DNA of 64,000 bases, from NCBI GenBank assembly GCA_036172245.1, contig JAYWIR010000060.1, positions 310,001 to 374,000 of the forward strand, given 5' to 3'. Below are positions 10,737-23,145 of the stretch, piece by piece. Both the position numbers and the translations under genes were made by a program. Position 1 is the stretch's first letter. The number at the start of each line of letters is the position of its first letter. This DNA comes from Raillietiella orientalis. Lineage: Eukaryota. The notes below the pieces were generated by a model. That model searched no databases. It had not been told where the DNA came from and worked only from the letters and a program-made list of their open reading frames with translations.

Positions 10737-13700
10737 ATGGCGCGGCAAGTCGTAGCGTCCGTGGTGGCGGGACTGCTCACCCTGTGGCTGTGGACGTACG
10801 GGATCCTCACACTCCCGCTCTACTTTCTGCTGCAGAACCTCCTCCAGGAGAGGCGCTTGCCCAAGAGAAAGGTGAGTCTCCTGTTGCTGCTCCTCCGCCT
10901 CTTCCCATCCACAACTCTCCATTTTGCCTCCGGTCGCTCCGCCGCCTGCGAAGCTCGCCGACCCCCTTCGCCACCACCAACGCGCGCGTCGCTCCGGACG
11001 GTGGCTCGTCGCCGGTAAGCGCGGAGGGGGTGGTTAACTGCGCCGCGGCTAGGGGCGCGCGCCTGGTGCTCACCATCCCACCCACCTCCTTCTGCCGCCG
11101 TCCCCGGAGGGCTTCCACCCCGTCCTCCCCGCGGTGGCGGCACGTGACCTGGCTACCGCCTTCCGCCGCCGTCCTCCCCACCCCCATCCCCATTCCCCCT
11201 TGGACGGGGGGGGGGCGCTCGCGCGCGAGCGGCGACTAACCACCACTTTTTCCCGCCTCACTGGCAGCGCCGGAGCCCCGCGTGACCTTCTGGAGCATGG
11301 AGAGGGCAAGTCAAGGGGGAATTCTGGCAACGGAAAGTGACCGTGAAGAGGCGAGGCGGCGGCCGCAACGTGGGTGACTTTCGCTTTCGTGCGTCTGCGC
11401 GCCCGTGTCCTTTTTTTTTCTTTTTTCTTTTTTTTTCTATCGCCCACCCTCCCTCTTCCACCCTCGCGAGCGTTCCTTCGATCCCCCCCCTCCACTGCAT
11501 TTTTTTTTCCCTTGCGCGCTCTTGCGGCACAGCCCGGTCGGCACGGCCTTAACGGGGGAAGCCGCGCACGCGGAGGGGAGCACCCGCCGAGCCGCGGAAG
11601 GCCCAGGGCGGCGCTCCACAGTGGAGGAGACCCGCGGGGCGTCTCGAAAGGGGGAGCGTCCGCAGGAGCTCCCCACCGCGGGACCGCTTGCTCCGACGGA
11701 ACTCGCGGAGATGACCTTTCCTCCACCCTCCTCGGGAGTGGGTTCCCCGCGCCCCGGTCCTCCCTTTGCGATACACCCCCGTGGCGCTGGAGGAGAAGAC
11801 CCGGGACTGCCGGAAACACTCCGCCCCTTCGCCAAGGAAGTCACGTGGTCGCCGCCGCCCGGATCCGGGAAGACCTCCGACCCACTGCGGCCATCCGCTC
11901 CTGGGACTGTCTCTTTTTGCCTCCGCTCCCTCAAGCACCCCCCCCGCCGGTCCTGCTTTTGTCAGGCCGTCGCCCAGGCACACCAGGAAAAGACTCCGGT
12001 CGTCCCTTACGGCGAATTTCACTTCCGCCCCCTCCTCTTCCATTTCTCCTCCTCGTCCTCCCTTCCTATTCGTCCTCTCCTAGTCTGTTTCTTCCTCCGT
12101 TCCTCTTCTACTCTCTTCTCTTCTTCCTCCTCTTTTCCTCTTCCACTCCTCGTCTTCCTCCCTTCCTCATGCTATCTTCTCTCTCCACTCTTCCTCCCAT
12201 CCTCTCGAGAACGCTGCTCGCCTGTAGGTAACCATCTGTCCTCTTCCCCAGATCAACATAGTCTCCAGGGGAAGCAAGGAGATCGTCTGGGAGTGCGAAT
12301 CCTCCCCTTCGGAGCTGCGCAAGATCGTCTCGCGGGAAAATCTGCAGACATACAATGACGTGAGCAGAAGAGCGCACGCGTTCCCCCTGCATGCCCTTCC
12401 CCGGGTCCATCGCAAGGCGAAGGGTTCGCCGGTCATATGCGGCTTCTCAGCACCTTCCTCACCCGTCCATGGTCTCCAGGAAACTGAGGAAAGGGGGGTC
12501 GTCCCCCCTCCTTCTTGGTCCCCCGTACAAAGGGAGCAAGTCATATCCCCTCGACCGGTGGACCCTCCTCCCGCTCGGACCCTCCCCGGCAGCCGCAGTT
12601 CCACTTCACCCCCCCTCAGACGTGCTGCTCAGCTCCTCCCGCTTACCCCGGGGCCCGTTCCAGGTCGTGAATTACTTCCGCAGGCGGGACGTGGACTGGC
12701 CACTCCTGGGCACGCGGCTGGTGCTCGCAGAGGAGGAGGAGAGACAGAGCAATGGGAAGATCTTCAAGAAGGTAGCGAGAGGGGCGCGGCGCGGGAGTTG
12801 ACCCGGACTTGGCCCCTTGTAGTGCGTTCTCGGAGAGTACACTTGGCTGGGACTGCGGGACGCCCTCAAGCAGGTAGATGACCTGACCGTGGGGCTCCGG
12901 GATCTGGGACTGGGGCCGGGGGACCGCATGGCCATCTTCTCGGAGACTCGGGCAGAGTGGCTGCTGACCACCCTTGCGGCGTTCACCGGGAGAGTGACAG
13001 GTTGGAGGAGGAGTCGCGTCGCCGGTACCCCGTTTTCTTTTGCAGTAGTCACCTTGTACTCCACCCTGGCCAGCGACGCCGTGGCCTGCGCCATCAACGA
13101 GACGGAGGTCAGCTGTGTGGTGACCTCTGCCTCCCTGCTGCCGAAGCTCCTGCAGCTGCGGACGAAGATCCCGCTGGTCACCACGGTGATCTGTTTCGAA
13201 GACAGCTTGCGCAAGCTGACGGCAGACGAGAAGTCTCCCGACCCGTCCCTGCGCGTCCTCGCCTACGAGGACGTCCTTCGCGCCGGCGGCTCCCGGCAGG
13301 CGTCGCCACCGGCACCTCCCGCCTCCCCCGACGACGTGGCCATCATCATGTACACAAGCGGGTCCACAGGCGCCCCCAAGGGGGTGCAGATCACCCATGG
13401 GAACTTGATGGCATCGGTGACCTCCTTCCAGGACATTCTGTCCTCGGAAGGTGAAGTCTACATCGGCTACCTGCCGCTGGCGCACATCCTCGAGCTGTCC
13501 GCTGAGCTTTTCTGCTTCTTCAAGGGGACGGCCATCGGCTACTCGAGCGCGCAGACGCTCATGTACGGCGCCGCCCGCCTGAAAAAGGGTGTGCCCGGGG
13601 ATATCAACGTGCTCAATCCAACGGTGATGGCCTCCGTGCCGCTCATCCTGGATCGCATCTACAAAGATGTCGCCCGGGACCTGCGCTCACGCGGCCCGCT

Positions 13701-14700
13701 GACCGAAGCCATGTTCCACGCCGCCCTCGTCTACAAGAGCCAGTGGCTGCGCATGGGTTTCGGCACGCCCCTTCTCGACGCCCTCATCTTCAGCAAAATC
13801 AGGGCCACCCTGGGCAGCAGGATCCACCTCATCATCTGCGGGGGCGCAGCGCTGTCCGGGGAGGTGGAGGATTTCGTGCGCTGTGCCTTCTGCCCAGTGC
13901 TCCAGGGTTACGGCCTGACCGAGGTCACAGCAGCGGGCACCTGCATGACCCCAGACGAGCCCGAGCTGAACGTCGTCGGCTTCCCCGTAGAGGGCTGCAG
14001 GATCAAGCTCATCAACTGGGAGGAGGGCAACTATCGCGTGTCCGACCTGCCCAACCCCCGGGGCGAGATTGCCATCGGCAGCCCGACGGTCACTGTCGGC
14101 TACTTCCGCAACCCGGAGCTGACCGCCGAGTCCTTCGTGGAGGAAGGGGGTCTCAAGTGGTTCCTCACTGGAGACGTGGGTGAGATGCGCCCCAACGGCC
14201 AGCTGGCCATCATCGACCGCAAGAAGGACCTGGTCAAGCTCGTGCACGGAGAGTACATATCCCTGGGCAGAATCGAGACCGAGCTGTCCAAGTCACCCTA
14301 CGTGACCGGCATCTGCGTATGCGCGCTCCCGCACAGCGACCACACGGTGGCGCTGGTGGCGCCGGCGGTGCCCGCTCTTAAGGACCTAGCCACGCGCCTG
14401 GGAAAGCAGACCACGAACCTGGAGAAGCTGTGTGACGACGAAGACGTCAAGGCGGAGGTCATGAGGGACCTGCAGGACCTAGGCAGAAAGGGTGAGCCCC
14501 TCTCCTTCTCCCCCCCCCCCACCCATCTAGTCCCTTCTGCAGCTCTCCTGGCGAAGGTCGAGATGCCTCAGAAGATCACCATCTGCCACGAGAAGTGGAC
14601 GACGGAGAGCGGACTGGTGACCGCCGCGCTGAAGCTGAGGAGGAAGAACATAATCGAAAAATACAAGGAGGACATTGAGAGGATGTACCGCGGCGGTTGA
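10737..14700 (+). CDS. Acsl: Long-chain-fatty-acid--CoA ligase, ACSL3/4-like (about 710 aa, 6 exons)
   Basis: Exons 10737-10871, 12252-12359, 12664-12771, 12823-13000, 13046-14491 and 14543-14700. All introns are GT-AG and the joined length is 2133 nt. N-terminal hydrophobic anchor, LGTR...EEERQSNGKIFKK, AMP-binding IMYTSGSTGAPKG, YLPLAHILEL, QGYGLTE, WFLTGDVG, IIDRKKDLVKL, GLVTAALKLRR. Confidence 0.95.
12022..12205 (+). repeat. Polypyrimidine (CT-rich) low-complexity tract in ACSL intron 1
   Basis: About 180 nt almost entirely C/T, ending about 45 nt before the exon 2 acceptor. Confidence 0.85.
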
Positions 14701-14831
14701 AACCGCGGGCCGCACCCCCAGGCGGCCGACTGTTGTCGATTGGCTCCTCCGCCCCTCGTCGCCCGCGGCTAGCCCCGAGCTGCGGATCGACTCACCAGTC
14801 AGAAGAGACGCGAGCGAGAGCTTCCACGAGG

Positions 14832-14837
14832 AATAAA
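14832..14837 (+). promoter_or_regulatory. Candidate polyadenylation signal of ACSL
   Basis: AATAAA about 130 nt after the stop codon. A second candidate lies at 15430-15435. Confidence 0.4.
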
Positions 14838-16849
14838 AAAGAGAGGAAAAAAAAAAGGGAGTTATCCGATAACGGATCCGCTACGTGCGTAGTCTCTTCC
14901 GCGAGCCGTCCTTTCGGAGGCAGGCTACACGCACCCACCGCGTGTCGCATGCTCGACGCGTGCTGCGACGCACGCGCCGAAGGAGCGGCGCGTGCGCGCG
15001 AAGGCGTAGAGCAGGCCCGTGACGACATCACATCAGCAGGAGGAGAGAGTTCCGTAGAGAAAACCGTTGGCGGCTTGGCGTCACGTGATCGGTCGCGAGT
15101 CCAGCCCGGAAGGAACGGGAGACCGACGACACTTGCCCCACCAACCTCGCCAGGTTCCCGATTCTTCTGCGTTCCGTGCTGCTGCGGAGGCTCGTAGCTT
15201 TCCGCGGAGTATTGTGCTAGGGGGAGAAGGGCGAGGGTACACAGGGGGGAGGGGAGGGAAAGGGGGGGGTACAGAGGCCAGATTTGCAAATCGACGAATC
15301 GACGGAGTAGCAGTTCATCCTGATCCTTCCAGCGGTAGGAAGCCATTTTTCTTATCGCGTGACCGTTCGAACAAGCCACCTGCCCCGTGGTGCGTGGAAA
15401 CGCCCTCTGGGGATCCTTCGTGATTCCCGAATAAAGCCTGGAGTGGCCCGGAGAACCCCTGCGTTTCCCTTCTCTTCTCCCCCGCCCCCTCTCCCGTGTT
15501 CATCTCCCACACCCTAAGAATCGCTTTCCGTCTCGGAAAGACATCCTTGAATGCGGGATGCGAAAGGAAGCTCGGAGGTCTGCTGTCATGGCGTTTGACC
15601 CGTGTCCGTGAGCTCAACGCGACAGAACTATCGCCTCGGCATCTCTGAGGAAAAGGAAACGACCAGGATGTGATGATGCATAGGGATGAGGTGGACAGCC
15701 ATACCCTGGAAGCCGTTACGTTCAAAGGCATGGATGTGAGTATCCGGGAAAGTCTGCGGTTTCACTTCCCTGAGGCTCTTCACTGCTGTTTGATGGAAGG
15801 AGGAGGTGGAAAGAGGAGAGGCCAACCTGAGTTGCAACAGGACATCTCCAAGCTGCCCCCTCTCTAGCTTCTAGTTGCGCTGTTATTTTTAGTAAGCACT
15901 AAGGCTTGCTTTGTTTTTGTTTTTTTCATGTTCTTCAGTATCCTATTTTTGAAGGAGGCATGTTGGATGCTTCCATCATCTAAGAACTAGGTATCCTGAT
16001 CGATGAATGCAAATTTGCTACCTTTTTGCAATCACAATTTCGAATCGCAATCCGTAATCCTATTACCGTCGAGTACTTACGATCCTCATTTTCGGAGCAA
16101 ACAGTAAAGGACTCCTAAGCACAGGAGGACCAAGAGAAGGAGAGGAGAAAAAGAGAAAAAGGAAGAGAGACCAGCAGTAATTCGATGGAGAAGAAACTTT
16201 CCCCCCATCACGGATGGAGATTTCGTGATCGTGCAGTGATTGAAACATTACTCTTAGTGCGACAGTGTAAGTGTGGTTTGCTCGAACAAAGAGTAGCAGC
16301 AAAGAGGTGCAACACTTTTCCGTATGCTTTTTTTGATTATTATTTTACTTTTGCGAATCCCATTACTCTTCCAAATCGCAATCTCAATCTTAAGTACCGT
16401 CTTTCGTCTTTGGTTATTGATCCCATTATTCAGAATGCGTTGGGAGACTGCTTATACAGTGAAGAAAGCTGTTTCCCTTAAGTAATCGACAAGTTGTCCA
16501 GGTAGCAAGCAAACTGTTTATGCAGTCATTTTGGATTTTAACTATTAAAAATAATTTACAGAAAAACTTATTCCAATCCAATCGATTTCCATTTTTCCAC
16601 CCCTCCCCCCCCCACTGACCAATTTGCAGATGCATTTTTATTCAAGTTATCTACTAGCAGCTTCTTTTTCTCACTTGGCTCTTCTATGCAGTCTCTTCCA
16701 AGCGTTGTTTTTCACTGTAGATTTCGAAGCCACTGTGAGTCGTGTTTTTCTCCTCTTTCATAAAGCAGAAATGATTGCAGATTTTGCCTCCTCTTTCTCT
16801 GAGGTTTAATTAGCTTGAACACGAATCTTCTTGATGCGCGCATCATTTT

Positions 16850-17900
16850 CCACCTTACCGACCTTGGAAAGTTGGAAATCATTTGAGGTAATTTCCAACC
16901 TCGTTAATTGATCGGAGATTTTTTTTTTTTTTTTTTTTTTTACGTGCAATCACGGTCGCAGTATTTTTTATTTTTTTTTTCCAATTTCCGGAAACACTGA
17001 CGTCGTGATCTCCAGGAATGGCATTCTTTAGTACGTCACCTGTCAAGGAGAGTGCAGCTGGAGTGATTACGGTGGCAAAAAATAAAAAGTAATAAACAAA
17101 GGAATCACAAGATTCGTTTTCAAGATATAAAAGCACGGGAACAGCTGCCAGATCCATCTAAAACGGTTTTCTTTGGAATCAAAAAGTCCCAACGGAGAAA
17201 ATTTCGTGGGATTACTGCCAGTGGATAGGCACACATCCATTAACGCTTCCCTTCGATTCAGGCTTACCAACCTCACCTGACTTTTTTCTTCTTCTTCGGA
17301 ATGAGTCGGAAGCGCTGTCTGTAGAAATATGCTTCGGAATGCCCAAGAGGGAAAGCTTTAGTGGTGGTTTGGTCCTCCTCTGATTTTCCATAAGAAAAAG
17401 AAAGGAAGAAAGACACGGAACGTTTCGAGTGTGCTTTTGCCGTCCCTTGGGTGCACGGCGGAAGGGTGCTGCCGCTACTTCTGCTCGCAGGAACTTCATT
17501 TTCGAAGTAACGACAAGCAACGATTTGGCAAGTAGAATCACCTCGGAAGGGAACTCGCAAGTCCCTCGGTTCCCGTGCCTGCGAGAACGAGTCTGGACGT
17601 CGGCAGGGGCCGGAATCTGCGCCAGGTGGTCCAGGATGTCAGAATCGCGACTCGGCGCGGCGTTCCGATGTGGTCGCGGAAAGTTCTCGAGCTGCCGTTC
17701 CCATTTTGCCCCCTCTCTTTCTCTCTCCGTGCTTTCCAATTTTTGCATCTTCATTTCACGTTCAGCAGTACAGTTTGTCCCACGCCGGCCGAAACCGCGT
17801 GCGGGGTGGCTGAATATCAGCGTGAAAGGCTGTGCGTTAGCAGAATGCATTGCAGCTTCCCTAATCTGGAATACCTGGAATTCCGATGTGCGCGTTCGGT
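16850..17900 (-). mobile_element. Decayed DIRS-like YR remnant
   Basis: Minus-strand ILDHLAQ, PFRRAPKGRQKHTR and YILKTNLVIPLFITF (YLxRT...LFIxF-like) occur in YR order. Confidence 0.35.
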
Positions 17901-18330
17901 AAATCCAACAGGGATCGTAATGCAGAGGAACGAATGTTTGTGTGTAAGAGGATGCATGGCACAACTGCAGGCTTCAAGTGTTGACAGTAACATGTGATTT
18001 TAGCATCCATCACCATAATTCAGTGTAACCGTATCCATTAAATGTAGACATAACAAGTAAATTTTTTTTTCCCCCAATTCTGTTATGTAACCATTGTCAT
18101 GAAGATTGTGTGCAATTTTGTTTGCTTTGGGTATGGTCATTCATGCACTTGGTTCATTGACAGCTGTGTAGATCCATCCATGAAATGATTATTGTGTTGG
18201 CAAGTTACCTTGGAGTACCCCAAATTCTCTATGCATAGACATAAATTCCTGAACTAGTGCAGGCGGAAGAGTTATAGAAAAATTTGATGCATTGTTTCTG
18301 AGGCAGTGGAAGCTGTAACTATAGTGTGCA

Positions 18331-20952
18331 ATGGAGGAATCCTATTCTCTGGAGGATTTACAAAGAGAAATTGCTCGGTTGACAAGTGAATTGGATTTGG
18401 CAAGTAGTGAAAAGATACAGTCAGCACAGCTAGGTTTGGTGTTGCTGGAAGAAAAGGAGCAGTTGCAGCATAAAAATGAATTGTTGGAAAGCATGTACGA
18501 AAATACGAAGCATGAACTACAGTTAACCCGAGAGGTAAAAATCATAGTAGGGAGGTGTAACACTTCATGTTATGCAACTAGGCATTGGCCAAGTTTCAGA
18601 CCATCCATAAAGTAAGCTCGAAAAGTGGAATCGAGCAAGAAGAATCTCTGCTTTCTGAATCACAAGCAAGGGAAAGTTCTTTGACAACAGTAATTTATGA
18701 TTTGGAATATGATCTCAAATGGGTAAGGTATTATATTTTGCAGTTACGTTGCAATATGGAGTACTTTCCAGACAAAACAAGAATTGGAGAGGGTAACAGC
18801 AGAAAAAGAAAAGTATCAGAAGGAATTTTTGGAATTAGAAAATTATAAAGAGCACAATGAATCGGAAAAAAAGAAACTCAGAACAGATCTCAAAGAAACC
18901 AAAAGCATGGAATCCTGCTTATTGTCTGATATAGCTGAGCTGGAGGAAGAAAACATTATGCTTCAGAAGCAGATTTTGGCTTTGAAGTGAGTGTTTTTGT
19001 TGTTCTAAGGAACTTATTCCTCTTAGATCTGCACAGGTGGAATTTGAAGCCTCTAAACATGAACTAAAATATTTACAAGAAGAACAAGAAGTGATGCAGC
19101 AGCAACTGCAAGATATGCAGAATTTGAAAGCAATTGCTGAACGGCATGTGTCAGAGGCTCTGGAAGCCCTGCAACTAGAACGGGAAGCCAAATTTGCTTT
19201 GAAAAAAGAGTTGGATCGGAAAGTTAGTTCTGTGGCATTATACAATCTCAACTCTTTGACTCTGAAGAACCTAAAGATATGTGGTGAGCATTGCATCAAA
19301 GTTTTACTGGCATGTGCGCTTTCCAGATTTAGGTGATAGCGAGACAGAGGAGTTGCCAATATTAAAGCAACTGGAAGATGATATTGCCAGTAGCACTACT
19401 CAGTCAGAATACTCACAGATTGGCGATCTTTTTAGTGAGATCCACTTGAATGAAATTAAGAAACTGGAGCAGCAGCTGGCCAAGGTTAGCTGGATTGATC
19501 ATTGGTTGCTGACATTCATTCAGCATTGGTCAGCTGGAGGAAGACAAGATGTCACTTTCAAATTGTTTGAAAGATTGCCAGGAACAGTTGGAGCAGAAGG
19601 AGCTGTTTTTGTCCCAGCATCAGTCATGTTTGATACGTGCAGCAGCACAAGTTGAATATATGCAGAATCTGTGTCAGGTGGGAATGAAGTGGTAGCACAT
19701 TTCTTCAGACCATCCGTAGGGTGGAAAATCTGAAGCTCTTCCGCAAGCTTGTCAAGAACTCAAGGAGCTGCTGTTGAAAAATGTATTGCTTGATGACACT
19801 TCTGATTCAGACCTACTGGCTCAGTTGAAGACTGATCTTGTCAGTCTTAAAAGTCAAGTATGTAATGATTGAACATAGCCACGATTTCATCGTATAATAG
19901 CTGCATGCCAGTGAAACGAACGCAGAACGGTTGCAAAAGAGAATTGAACTCATGACAAAAGTTGAGAAAGACAGTCATAAGGATCTCACTAACATGCAGA
20001 AAGATTTACTGCATCTAACAGAAGAAGTAGCCCAAATGTATCATCATGTCTGCACTGCAAATGGCGTCACACCTAGCTGGGTGGTGCTGCAGCACTTTCA
20101 CAAGGAGGGTCATCAGGATGCCAAGAATGTGGATGCAGATCACAAAGCTGTGGTTCCAACAAATGATAGTAGTGCTTTCCTTGACACTAGTGTGGAGCAG
20201 GCAGCTGAGATTTCTAATTCTGCACCTCAGTTGGAGCTAGAAGAACCCACAGGAGATCCAAAGCAACTTCAGAAGCATGTAGATACCTTAAGAGATCAGA
20301 TCAATTGCTTGAGACGTGCAGTGGAACGCAATTTAAATTGTGGTACAATATTGTAGTCTGTCTATGGCAACTGATTCATGTGTTGTTTCAGGTATGATAG
20401 TAACCGGTGAAAGTGATCTTTCTGAACTCCAAAGTGCTCTGGTGAAGTCCCAGGCTAGTCTATCTGTGAAACGTGAACAGATAATGATGCTCCGTGCTGT
20501 TCTCAAGGAAAACAGGAAGACAGCAGAGATGGCCCTCCATAATTTGAGGCTGAAATATGAGAAGGAAAAAAGAATGGTATCCGAAACTATGACTAAACTT
20601 CGAAGTGAAGTACGCACACTTCAAGAGGATGCAGCCACTTTCTCAAGTAAAGATATTGTGTTACTTTTGTTTTGTCATTGAAACTATAGGTCTGCGTGCA
20701 ATGTTCGCTGCCCGGTGTGAGGAATATGTCATGCAACTGGATGAACAACAGCATCTTCTGCAAGCAGCTGAAGATGAAAAGCGAACTCTCAATTCCCTCT
20801 TGCGCATGGCAATTCAACAAAAATTACTGTTATCTCAAAGATTGGAAGAACAGGAGATATGCAGAGGAAGCACACGCCACAGCAGCTGCAGAGGCAAAGG
20901 GGCAAATCTCCGGTCTTCGCAGTATCGTTCCTTCAATAGACAGGATTATTAA
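18331..20952 (+). CDS. BicD: Protein Bicaudal D (dynein cargo adaptor; about 738 aa, 10 exons)
   Basis: Exons 18331-18534, 18582-18722, 18772-18986, 19027-19283, 19327-19484, 19534-19677, 19720-19857, 19901-20342, 20392-20646 and 20690-20952, total 2217 nt. Coiled-coil protein with SSEKIQSAQLGLVLLEEK, ELEEENIMLQKQ, QVEFE, DLFSEIHLNE, MYHHVC and the hallmark LQEDAATFSSLRAMFAARCEEY...AAEDEKRTLNSLLRMAIQQKL. Confidence 0.96.
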
Positions 20953-20997
20953 TAGGAATACATCTGCAAATTTTTTTTTTTTTTTCTCCTTCCGCTA

Positions 20998-21003
20998 TTT
21001 ATT
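20998..21003 (-). promoter_or_regulatory. Candidate polyadenylation signal of ABAT
   Basis: TTTATT on the + strand is AATAAA on the - strand, about 27 nt past the ABAT stop. Confidence 0.5.
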
Positions 21004-21029
21004 ACGTATCTATTTAATTTTAATTTCGT

Positions 21030-23145
21030 CTACCATTCCAAGAAAATAGATTCCAAAGTATCCAGGAATATGGCTGCTTGCTTGCTGCAGAAAATGAGAG
21101 CTGGCCTCAGACGTACGCTGCAAACACCACACCCTCCAGCCAGAATACCTACCATTACAAACTACGTAACATTACAGACTATCTTTCACAGTTTACCTTT
21201 ATTGCGCAGTTTGCTTAAAAGCTTGTCTCGATGGCCACTGGAGGGGCAATCAAATGAACATAAAGTGCCTTGACCTCTTGATGAATGCATATGCTGTGGA
21301 AAACGTTTCTCCAGCTGATATAGCCCTGATAACAGACACTTCCCAGCATCCTGTACCACTTCCAGCAGATTATGATTCTGTATTGCTTGCAGTGTACAGT
21401 CTAACAAAAGTACTTTGGAAGGATCACCCATCCATGTGTTGAAAATGCGGAATGGTTGGGTGACTCTTTTAACAAGAAACTCAGTAACTTTGGACCATGT
21501 CTACTGACCTGTGCTGACGTTTTAAATAGAATCCTCCTGTCAGTAGTTTCTTACCAAATGTTACAACATCTGGTGACTCTGGTAAATCAAAGTGCTCATG
21601 ACACCAAAAACGACCTGTGTGTCCTCCTCCGGTCTGTACTTCATCTACAATGAAGCTCACATTATGCTGCATGATACAGCCAAGTTAATGGGCACACATG
21701 TCTTTGATTTCCTACTGTTCGACATATAGCCTGCAATTTCTGAAAAAAGGAAGCAGATGCATGCCGATCACCACCTTCACACTGGATGGGTTCCACAATC
21801 AAACCGATCACAGGATGACCTTGACTTTTTCCTTCATAAATCTGTTCCTCTACTACAGAGAGGCAATTTTGATCTTCTTTTTCATTTTCTTGCAGATGTT
21901 CCTGGAGAGGATACTGATATTGGGGGAAGCGAGCAATAGGCCAAGGAAATGCTGGCACATCCAGTTTGTGAATTGGTTTGGAATGGGTACAGCTGAGAGC
22001 AGCCAATGTTCTCCCATGGAAAGATCCTTTGAAAAATTTATGTTACAAATTTACATCCCTTATTCTCCTAGTTTTACCTTCAAAAGATAGGAAACTGACA
22101 TGGTTAGGTGATCCAGGTAACTGGTTCACCATGCAACTCTGCAACTCCTCTTCCGACCACCCTCTGTCACCTCGTTCTCTGTTGGCATAACTAATAGAAA
22201 TAAGTTTCAGTGCATTTTCATTGGCGCAGCTTCCACATGCCATGGTTACTACTTGATCAATACTTCTTGGTGCAATCTACCACAAATTACTTAAAATTAT
22301 TGTATCATTTTTTGAAAACAACTGCAACCAAATGAATTCACACCTTCAGCAAAGTTTCTTTTAGTTTTAATGGCCATTTCATGCTAGGAAACATTCCCAA
22401 TGCAGGACGATTAATTACAGCTTCCTAGGGTTTAGAACAACAGAATTAATAAATAGGCACTTGTGTGTGCCAGAGACGCAACAGATATGCAGGAACTACA
22501 GAAGTATGAATAATGAAAATCAACCATTCACAAAAGAAAGAAATACATCCAAAAACACGTTCATTAAATATAAGTAGTAACAAACATGCAAAACAAATAA
22601 ATGCAGTGAAAACTATATGGTAGTGTTTAATTCAAACATACCAACACAACTTAAAATACAGAACATGCTTCTGCAGTTGTACTTGAGTCACTACACTTGC
22701 ACAACAACACTTGCAGTACTTGCACAAAACTTACTATCATTTCCTGACTTTGTGCACATGTTAATAAAGCAGAATGATTGTAACCCAAGGGGAGAGAAGA
22801 GATCTGCATAAAAACATCCAGTAAAACATTACCATCTGCATCCACCAAGTAATTGCCTTTGGACTTCTCATAATCTCCAAATAACTGGACAGCATCACAC
22901 TCCTAAAATACAATTTACCAGTAGATCAAAATATGGATGATGGTTCTTCGTACTTGTATGGATGACAGTTCTTTGTACAACTTGCGAGTCTTAGGACCTG
23001 GTACTTCCGTAACAAGCTTCGGATTCGTGTAACTGGTGGAAGAAACTGCTCTTGATGTTATTCTGATCCAGTCAAAAGGTTGAATACGGACTAGAACACA
23101 TGTTGTGACAATCAAAACGCTCTAACAAATTGTACGATGAAACAT
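21030..23145 (-). CDS. ABAT: 4-aminobutyrate aminotransferase (GABA-T), mitochondrial (about 486 aa, 9 exons)
   Basis: Minus-strand exons 23145-23127, 23090-22954, 22902-22735, 22424-22344, 22276-22078, 22026-21716, 21666-21509, 21465-21197 and 21148-21030, total 1461 nt. Motifs: TEVPGPK, KSKGNYLVDADGNVLLD, NRPALG, MACGSCANENA, GSFHGRT, VEPIQCEGGD, DEVQTGGG, the PLP-lysine region TFGKK, and RIFNTWMGDP. The first 19-nt exon is the least certain part. Confidence 0.95.

Noticed and set aside
9378..10922. 514-aa minus-strand ORF, and similar long Arg/Pro/Gly-rich ORFs throughout the GC-rich blocks
   Set aside because: They run through microsatellites and homopolymers, overlap in all six frames and lack domains. 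This is expected from stop-codon scarcity at high GC.
11966..12010. Possible extra ACSL exon (AVAQAHQEKTPVVPY) after a TTTTGTCAG acceptor
   Set aside because: There is no canonical in-phase GT donor, and exon 1 joins 12252 directly to give a normal-length protein.
10737..14700. ACSL as bacterial contamination or horizontal transfer because of its high GC
   Set aside because: It has spliceosomal introns of the same tiny size class as its neighbours and animal ACSL3/4-type motifs.
15670..15867. Short ORF with weak YR-like HTLEAVT
   Set aside because: The catalytic Arg is absent and there are no supporting motifs, so it is too weak to call.
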